This document shows, in pieces, positions 23,320-31,378 of a stretch of DNA of 31,378 nucleotides. The DNA lies in NCBI RefSeq assembly GCF_006345805.1, contig NW_021832310.1:1-31378 (forward strand), in the 5' to 3' direction. A program made the position numbers and the translations under genes. The stretch comes from Octopus sinensis (Eukaryota). Below the pieces are notes generated by a model. That model saw nothing but the letters and a program-made list of their open reading frames with translations. It did no database searches and was not told where the DNA came from. Within the stretch, counting starts at the first letter, position 1. Each line of letters starts with the position of its first letter.

Positions 23320-24998
23320 ACTACTACTACTACTATTATTATTATTACTATTATTATTATTATCATTATCATTATTATCATTATCATCATTATCATTATC
23401 ATTATTATCATTATCATTATTATCATTATTATTGTTATTATTATTATTCACGTCCCTGCCGGGAATCGAACTTGGAATCTCTTAAATATAGAACTGTAAA
23501 ATGTGGGTTAAACTGCGAAAATCAGTATCAAACACAGGAGGCAGGGAGCTACAAAAAATATAACTGTGTATTAAAATTAATATCAAATTATAAAACGGAG
23601 TATTAACTATATTAATATCAAATGGAGTATCGAGCATCGGAGTATTACATGGGATATTAGCTGTCCAAGTATCACATACGGTATCAACTATTGCAGTACC
23701 AAATACAGTATCAAATATCCGAGTATCAAAGCTAATCTGAATTCGGTTTCAAAATACCTAAGTAAAGCTCAAGCTGTGACAACAACATCAGTATCAAGAT
23801 GTCAGACTAAATATCAAAGAAACGAATTATTCTGTTTATTTTTCCACTGAAATTTTTTAAATGATCAATGTATCATAATAGTGTCAAGTTCAAACGACGA
23901 TATCCAAACCTGAAGTTTAGGACAAACAATATTCAAATTCGTATCAAATCTAAAAGTCACTATTTATTTCGAAAGTTTTTATTTAGTCTGAAATCAGATC
24001 TAAAGTTATTACCGGCGTATTAATTTATCGAAATATCAGGTTAACTAAATCAATATCAAATGTGCAAAGGAGGATCAACGTATTAAAGCCTGTATCAATT
24101 ACAAAACTAGCTTTCAACAAATCAAAATTAATTCCTCATTAATAAAATCTGTGCTAAGAGATTGGAATATTGAATTAAAAGTCAATTATATCACAGAATT
24201 ATATCAAAATATCACAGAAGCAAAATAAATTTTGAAGGTACTACGAAGGAATCATTGTACCAATGTCTCAAAAGTTAGAAGAGTATCAAAAATTATTTTG
24301 AAATCAATATGAAGAAATTGCTGTACCAAAGTTTTCAAAGTCGGTATCAAAACCAGTATCAATGGGCGAATGCCAATATGAAATAAATATATATTCGAAT
24401 TAGTTTAAGCGTATCAAATTATCGAAGCCAGTGACAAAGTAGTAACGTGTTAGTGTATTAAATTCAGTCGGGAATATAAATAGCAGACATAAGACTAATA
24501 CTAAAATATGTTAGAAAATTTGAAAGTTTGAAAGTTTGAAAAGTTTGAAAATGGATGTTTGTATCAGAAATTCAAAAAATAGTTTTAAAAGTCAAATTAT
24601 TAAATATCTGTGGTATATAAACTAAACCGATATCAACGTGACAAATTTAGTACCAATGTATCAATTTATCTTTGTAAACCAAAACAACCACAGACATATC
24701 AATTTCGTTTGCTGAAATTTTGAAATCTTCTGTAAAATTTCAAAACTTATAGGTCGTTGTCAAGTATCGGAGCCAGATCTTGAAATATCAAATAATGGAA
24801 GTCAATACTGAGATATGAAAAGTCAATATAGAATATAAAAAGTTAGTCTCACGTTTCAAATCGTATAATATTAGGTATAAATATTTGAAAGTCAATATCA
24901 GATATAACCATCAGACTCAAAGTCGCCACTAATGTAACAAACTGTAAGAATATCGAAGTGAAATTGGAATATAAATGTTAATACTAAACTTGAATAAA

Positions 24999-25192
24999 AG
25001 GCGGCGAGCTGGTAGAATCGTTGCCGCGCCGGGGAAAAATATCTAGCGGCATTTCGCTCCTCGTTATGTTCTGAGTTCAAATTCCGCTGAGGTCGATAAA
25101 ATAAGTACCAGTTGAGCAGTAGGGTAGTGGGAGTCGACTTACATCCTCTCTCAATATTGCTGGCTTTGTGGCAAAATTTGAAACCAATATTA
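24999..25192 (+). mobile_element. SINE family M with 27-nt internal deletion and a third tail variant
   Basis: AGGCGGCGAGCTGGTAGAATCG head and GAGTTCAAATTCC. A single GGTCGA (25091-25096) stands where other copies have GGTCGA-21 nt-GGTCGA. Tail TGCTGGCTTTGTGGCAAAATTTGAAACC. Confidence 0.88.
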
Positions 25193-25330
25193 ACGCTGAA
25201 GAGTCAATAATACAAGTATCAGTTTCTGAATCGGTATGGAATATTAAATACACTGAAATTGCTAGCAAGCATCAGAATCACTATGAAACCCAGGATCGAT
25301 ATTTCTGTAGAAATATCGATACATCAATAC

Positions 25331-25610
25331 TGAGGTCTGTCCTGAGCGCCTGGAATCATTAGGTCCGGGCATAATCTAGTTTCCAGTGCATATGACTGAA
25401 ATTATGACACTCCCCGCTGAACGGAGGGCTTTTTGGTTCCAGGATAAACTTCCCAGCTATTGTTGTGTCCCGTTTATATCTGGGTGACCTGCAGCCAGGC
25501 GGAACGAAGTGCTTTTGATCGCGAACACAACGAATCCGCTGGGCCAGGAGTCGAACCCACGATCTTACGATCACAAGTGCAATACGGTAACCAATAGGCC
25601 ACACGTTCTC
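25331..25610 (-). mobile_element. tRNA-derived SINE with distinct body
   Basis: Minus strand GTGTGGCCTATTGGTT (A box)..GGGTTCGACTCC (B box)..GTTGTGTTCGCGATCAAAAGCACTTCG, resembling the head A core, then a unique body. The 3' boundary is approximate. Confidence 0.75.
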
Positions 25611-25918
25611 ACCAAACCATCAAACACAAAACCAAAATTTGAAGTTCAGCAGCGATATTATAAAATCAGGATCAAGATGGTGGTCTTATGTCTATATCAA
25701 AAACAATTATTTGTTTAAAGTGTAAAAGGAAAAAATTCTGGCAGGATCATCATTGGGGAAGTATACGCATGACAACTACGACTGGCACGTGACTTATTTG
25801 GCTCTGTATTGAATCTTACCGAATTCCTTTTTCAACAGGTCCTTTTTCCAACATAAAAAAGAAGAAAAAAATTATTTTTTAGTTTGTTCTGTCACGCACA
25901 ATATTTCTAACCATTATA

Positions 25919-26159
25919 TACTCTTTTACTCTTTTACTTGTTTCAGTCATTTGACTGCGGCCATGTTTGAACACCGTCTTTAGTCGAACAAATCGAACCC
26001 AGGACTATTCTTTGTAAGCCTAGTACTTACTTATGCTATCGGTCTCTTTTGCCGAACCGCTAAGTTACGGGGACGTTAACACACGAGCATCGGTTGTGAA
26101 GCGACGGTGGTGGGAGGAAAAACACAGACACACAAATATACACACACACACACACACTT

Positions 26160-26192
<33 letters not shown>

Positions 26193-26358
26193 CATATATA
26201 CGATGGGCTTCTTTCAGTTTCCGTCTACCAAATCCACTCACAAGGCTTTAATCGGCCCGAGGCTATAGTAGAAGACACTTGCCCAAGGTGCCACGCAGTG
26301 GGACTGAACCCGGAACCATGTGGTTGGTAAGCAAGCTACTCACCACACAAACACTCAT
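25919..26358 (-). mobile_element. Near full-length SINE family K
   Basis: Near-identical to 11001-11399, with internal (CA)n(TA)n at about 26125-26195. Confidence 0.95.
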
Positions 26359-26649
26359 GTAAAATGTTTATTTCTAAACTTTTAACCGAAAGATTGCGTA
26401 AACTTTGCCTGAAATAACTTTTGAATTTACGGAATCAATTTATTTCATTGAAAAGATCTGGGCTATCCATCGACAATCTCACGTGGGAAATGAAACCATC
26501 TCATCGGTAACCCCGCAAAAAAAAAGAAAACGTCCATTTCTCCAATTCCCTTCCTCAGCCAATCATTGAGTTAAACCTAACAGCGAATAGGATTCTATGG
26601 CCAATGTTTTCGTTGCACTAAAAACCCTGAAATCCGTTCTTTCGAACAG

Positions 26650-26733
26650 AGCTTGTTCGACACAAAGTTTAGCACGAGAGCATCATACTGACGATGTTAG
26701 AAAACGAATTTCTTTGGAAGACTTTTGTCAAAA
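26650..26733 (+). other. Candidate 84-nt symmetric (phase 2-2) exon (unverified)
   Basis: Acceptor CCGTTCTTTCGAACAG and donor AA|GTATGC. Only one frame is open: ACSTQSLAREHHTDDVRKRISLEDFCQ(K). No homology recognised with confidence. Confidence 0.25.
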
Positions 26734-27424
26734 GTATGCTGTGTAAAACATTATAAAAACATTATATGTTAAACACGTCCGTTCCTTGCGGTGTGACTCA
26801 ATCAAACGTGGGGACTGGCGAATAAGCGTCGACAGAGAAGATACGAAGCAATATCAATCACAACTTCTTGTGAAAGCGAACAAATGTGACCCTTACACAC
26901 CCTTGAATGTCCTCGTTGGCTTTCATTTCAGATCTGCACAGCTGTTCATTCCTACACACGTCATCTTTGATTTGTATGGGCGGTGATTGTCTCTTTCTTT
27001 ACTGGTAGCCAGATGTTCATTAAAAACGCTGCACCGAACACACTTGACCTAATAATTTATGATAACTTGCGAACCTGATCATCGTTGTGTCTAGCCAGTC
27101 AGTTTACCATTTGAATGAAATCAGCGTCTTACCTATACACATTATAAATTTGAGCCAATTTATTCTGACATTTATGTCAACAATTATTTACTTGTTCAGG
27201 CAATTTGGTGGGCGTTCTGTTGCGTTAATCATCAAAAATAATAAGGGGATGGGCTGTTCCACTATCATAGATACGGTTCCCACATCATATCTCCATTTTT
27301 GCATACTGCTCATACACAAGTCAAATTCAACATGGAATTGATTACGACATTTGTACTCGCACCACTTGAACATCGGGGCCCTTAAAACAAATTTTCGTTA
27401 GTTTCAACTTTATAGGCCTAAAAC

Positions 27425-27515
27425 ATGTAAGAACTGGGTTGGATTTGTTCCACTAAAATTCAGCAAGCTGGTGCTCCAGCATGGCCTCAGTCTCACGACT
27501 GAAACGAGGAGAAGA
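27425..27515 (+). mobile_element. 3' fragment of SINE family K
   Basis: GGATTTGTTCCACTAAAATTC..GGTGCTCCAGCATGGCCTCAGTCTCACGACTGAAAC matches the K 3' end. Confidence 0.75.
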
Positions 27516-27829
27516 TTCCTTTAGATTTTGTAACCTTTATTGCGTGTTTCTGCGAAGAAAGAAATATATGTTATAATGTATTGGGAATTAGGACATAACA
27601 CAACATTTTATTTCTTGCAGGATTAATTAGCAAAGCTGCTGAGGATCACGCGCAGAAAAAAAATCAAATTAAAGATGGAGCACAAACTATAAATGCGAAC
27701 ACATTAGTGGACAGTTGCCGCCATTTTTATCCACACCTCCTCTTTAATATCGTTAATATCATGATAGCCATTATATGAAACATAGCTGTCGTTATATAGC
27801 CGCCATCTTTCACTCTAATACTCATCATC

Positions 27830-28199
27830 AGCATCACAAACAACACCACCAGCACCGCCACCGCTACGCTAATAACATCGTCATCATTATTATTATCATC
27901 ATCATCACCATCATCATCATCACTACCATTATCGTCATCGTCCTCGTCGTCATCATCGGCATCATCATCATCTCATCATCATCACCCCCACCACCACTAT
28001 CATCATCATAATCATCATCATCATCATTATCATCATCATTATCATCATCATTATCATCATCATAATCATCATCATCGTCGGCGTCGTCATCATCTTCAAC
28101 ACTATCATAATCATCGTTGACTTCATCGTTGTCATCGTGGTTGTCGCCGTCACCGTGGCCGTCGTGGTCATCTTCATAATAATCCACATCATCGTCATC

Positions 28200-28230
<31 letters not shown>

Positions 28231-28965
28231 CCGCCGTCGTCGCAACCACCACCACCACCGTCGTCGTCGTCATCATCATCGTTCTGATAGTATGCAATCA
28301 CAACGTATGCTGTAAACAGCGTCCTCTTCTTTGTCCACTTCCTCATCGCCATATTTTCCATCATCGTCATCTTAATTATCTCTATTATCTTCACTATTAT
28401 CGCTATTATCACAATTTTCCATTTTTACCAAAATCAGCATTATCAGTGTCAACTTTATCATCAAATCCATTAACGGCATCATTATTGTCATCATCATCAT
28501 TATCATCATCGTCATCGTTGTCATCGTCATCATCGTCGTCGTCGTCATCATCATCATCATCTTCGTCGTCATCATCATAATCATCGTCATTGTCGTCGTC
28601 GTCATCATCATCATCGTCATCGTCGTCGTCGTCGTCGTCATCATCATCATAATCGTCGTCATTGTCGTCGTCATCATTATCATCATCATCATTATCATCA
28701 TCATCATCATCATCATCATTATCATCATCACTCTCATCAATATTTTTATGATTTTCAGAAACCATCACCATCTTAATCCATATGTTCAGCGTTTAAATTC
28801 GTAATCTTCCTCACAACCAACAACTTCAACATCACATTCATTATCACCACTACAATTGCCATCATCATCCTCATCACACCATCACCATCACCATCACCAT
28901 CACCATCACCATCATCATCATCATCATCATCATCACCATCATCGTGGTCGTGGTCGTTGTCTTCG
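27830..28965. repeat. (CAT)n/(CGT)n imperfect trinucleotide field
   Basis: Direct inspection; gives poly-Asp/Met ORFs on the minus strand. Confidence 0.93.
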
Positions 28966-29399
28966 TTGTTGATTGTCACTAAACATTGCGCAATGTCTGA
29001 AGAATTGCTCTGAGCCAAAGTTCCATGATTGGATGATATGGCAAATAAGGAAACTTCAGCACTTCTCGAACAAACCAGTTTTATTACTTTCAAACACCCC
29101 AAGCAATCATGGCGACTGCAGACTCTGACGACTTCTACTTCCTTTCCTTCTCTTTCTTTCTTTCTTGCCTTCTTTTTCTTTCTTTCCTTCTTTCTTTCTT
29201 TCTTTCATTATTCATTTATTTCTTTCGTTATTTCTATATTTCATTTGTCTTCTATTTTGATTTGTGAAATTCCACCCGGCTCTGTAAGACAACTATAACT
29301 GGTTTATGTAGAAAACGAGAAGACAAAAAAACAAAACAAAACAAAAAATATCAAAAAACAAAAAACAAAATAATACAAAAATCAACAAAATATATCTGA

Positions 29400-29401
29400 A
29401 A

Positions 29402-29433
<32 letters not shown>

Positions 29434-29486
29434 ACACCATCTCCACCATCACCAACACCACCACCACTACCACCACCACCACCACC

Positions 29487-29530
<44 letters not shown>

Positions 29531-29734
29531 AACTACTACTACTACTACTGACAATGACAGCAAAGACGACAACAGCAACATTGATAATATAACTTGTTCC
29601 AGAACAAATTCAGTAGAAAAGCAGTAAATATATCACGGGGGCAAATAACATTATTTTTATTCTTCTTCTTATTATTATTATGGTGATGAATGATAATATT
29701 AATATTAATAAAAATAAAAATGATAATAATAATG

Positions 29735-29799
<65 letters not shown>

Positions 29800-29846
29800 C
29801 ATAATAATAATAATAATAATAATATAATAATAATAATAATAATAAT

Positions 29847-29887
<41 letters not shown>

Positions 29888-29930
29888 AACAACGACAACT
29901 ACAACGACAACAACAACAACAACAATAACA
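29400..29930. repeat. (TAC/CAC)n and (TAA)n/(TGA)n/(CAA)n trinucleotide tracts
   Basis: Direct inspection. Confidence 0.93.
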
Positions 29931-30004
29931 ATCCTGGCAATATAAACCCACGCAAATGTATGAAAATTATCATGTGTTGTGATATATATTTTAGTGGAAC
30001 CATT

Positions 30005-30203
30005 ATATACATACATACATACATACAAACATACATGCATACATACATACATGCATACATACACACACACACACCCATATATATATATGTATACATTTAC
30101 GTATATATATGTATATATATCTATATATATATATGTATGTGTATATATATATGTATATATAGATGTATACCTATATATATATATATATGTGTGTGTGTGT
30201 CTG

Positions 30204-30280
<77 letters not shown>

Positions 30281-30380
30281 CAGATAGATATACTTGTACA
30301 TACAAAGTATATATGATATATATATATATATATATAACTATACAGATATATATATGCATAAAGATAGATAGGTAGATAGA
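30005..30380. repeat. (TACA)n/(TA)n/(GATA)n microsatellite field
   Basis: Direct inspection. Confidence 0.95.
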
Positions 30381-30619
30381 TGGATCGCTTTTTATCACGG
30401 TTCTTGTTCACTTTATTTATAATTTATTATATTTACATTCTTCTACTTTTTAATTTCTTTTTTGTTTTGCATTTTTTGTTTTGTCTCTGCTATCTTTAAC
30501 CCTTATGCGTCGGTTCCTTAGCGGGTTGTATGAAAATTTATCATCAGATATCTCCTCACACGCCGCCATAATCCTTTTCCGCGAGACGTTTTATTTAGTT
30601 TTATTACGTAATTATCGCT

Positions 30620-30654
<35 letters not shown>

Positions 30655-31098
30655 GGCCGTCGTCGTCATCATCATTAGTATTATTATTTTTATTATTTGT
30701 GATTGATTTGTGTATTTATGCTTTCGTCAAGAATGCGTTTTGTCTTAATTTCAAGGGACATTATTTTTCGAAATGGTTATCTATATTTCAAGACCTTAAT
30801 TTTTTTAATGCATTTCGGCCCTTCGAAACATTTTTATTTCTCTCTCAAAATATTACTTACATTTTCCTATTTTTACGTGTTTTATTCACTGTGTTTTTTA
30901 ATATTATGTTATTCTTCCCAACTGCTATCTCTTTGCGTTTTTCGTTCATATTTTCTTTTCTCTATTCTCGTTTTTCGCCTCTCCTTTCAGACTTCTTTTA
31001 GTGAATGTTTTTCCATTTTTTACGTCCCTTCACTTAATCTTTCGTTGTATGTATATTTATTTATTTATTTCTTCTCATTTCATTATCTGCTTCATAAT

Positions 31099-31099
<1 letters not shown>

Positions 31100-31152
<53 letters not shown>

Positions 31153-31378
31153 CACCACCACCACTACTACTACCACCACCACCACCACCACCACCACTAC
31201 TACTACCACTACTACTACCACCACCACCACCACCAACACCACCACTACTACAACTACTACTACAATTCTACTACTACTACTATACTACTATACTACTGCT
31301 ACTACTACTCTACTGCTCTACTACTACTGCTTCTACTACTACTATACTACTACTACTACTACTACAACTACTACTACT
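31100..31378. repeat. (TAC)n/(CAC)n trinucleotide tract running off the window end
   Basis: Direct inspection. Confidence 0.96.

Larger units (their letters stand above)
22522..23490 (-). mobile_element. Composite SINE-like element: B box + (AAT)n + hammerhead-like motif + 9-bp tail repeats, interrupted by an R4/Dong fragment
   Basis: Minus strand: B box GTTCGATTCC (23462-23471), then (AAT)n/(GAT)n/(AGT)n. After the LINE insert: (AAT)n, GACAT-TTGATGA-..GGCTG TATAT CAGCC-GAAACGTT (22633-22593) and tail (AATAATGKA)n (22522-22555). Continuity of the two halves rests on my recollection of an Octopus repeat consensus. Confidence 0.6.
19103..25710 (+). repeat. Decayed RTATCAA-based minisatellite domain (12/15-bp subunits, 27-bp higher-order unit) interrupted by younger TEs
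   Basis: Dense plus-strand RTATCA-like motifs. Exact alternating 15/12-bp spacing at 23600, 23615, 23627, 23642, 23654, 23669, 23681, 23696, 23708 and 23723, and 12/15/12 spacing at 20610, 20622, 20637 and 20649. Confidence 0.75.

Noticed and set aside
23600-23737. CRISPR-like array interpretation of the regularly spaced motifs
   Set aside because: Eukaryotic context, units of only 12-15 bp, no unique spacers and no cas genes; a decayed minisatellite explains it.
26650-26745. Resemblance of RKRISLEDFCQKY to the Na+/K+-ATPase alpha N-terminal region
   Set aside because: The similarity is a few residues only, and the expected GLT..GPN.L.PP continuation is absent.
27621-27780. Strong acceptor TTTTATTTCTTGCAG followed by open frame LISKAAEDHAQKKNQIKDGAQ
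   Set aside because: No convincing donor; joining it to the 26650-26733 candidate gives an immediate stop; no homology recognised.
27864-28771. Asp-rich ORFs resembling acidic biomineralisation proteins
   Set aside because: Non-Asp residues (N, Y, G, H) are single-base variants of GAT/GAC as expected from neutral microsatellite decay. There is no signal peptide, and overlapping poly-Met frames are equally open.
29038-29150. Protein-looking ORF MANKETSALLEQTSFITFKHPKQSWRLQTL
   Set aside because: It runs into a (TTTC)n tract with no good donor site, and I recognise no homology.

Overview
This is a 31.4-kb AT-rich, microsatellite-saturated, non-coding eukaryotic window. The SINE families and compound di/tri/tetranucleotide tracts match my recollection of Octopus (coleoid cephalopod) genomic DNA; this is inference, not a database result. 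No intact or recognisable host protein-coding gene is present, and almost all ORFs in the supplied track are translations of microsatellites. The only recognisable protein homology is a frameshifted, 5'-truncated C-terminal restriction-like endonuclease fragment of an R4/Dong-type LINE (22988-23270, minus). The window holds about 20 tRNA-derived SINE copies or fragments from several families, several with clear target-site duplications (TSDs), plus one non-autonomous Helitron. Family labels A, B, K and M are working names of mine. The most unusual structures are: (1) a ~6.6-kb domain (19.1-25.7 kb) built on a strand-biased RTATCAA motif with a decayed 12+15 = 27-bp higher-order repeat; (2) a composite element with a tRNA-like B box, an internal (AAT)n tract, a degenerate minimal hammerhead-like motif and a 9-bp tail repeat, with the R4/Dong fragment inserted in its (AAT)n; (3) a ~137-160-bp high-identity inverted repeat enclosing 1.7 kb; and (4) combinatorial head/tail swapping and recurrent multimer formation among SINEs.
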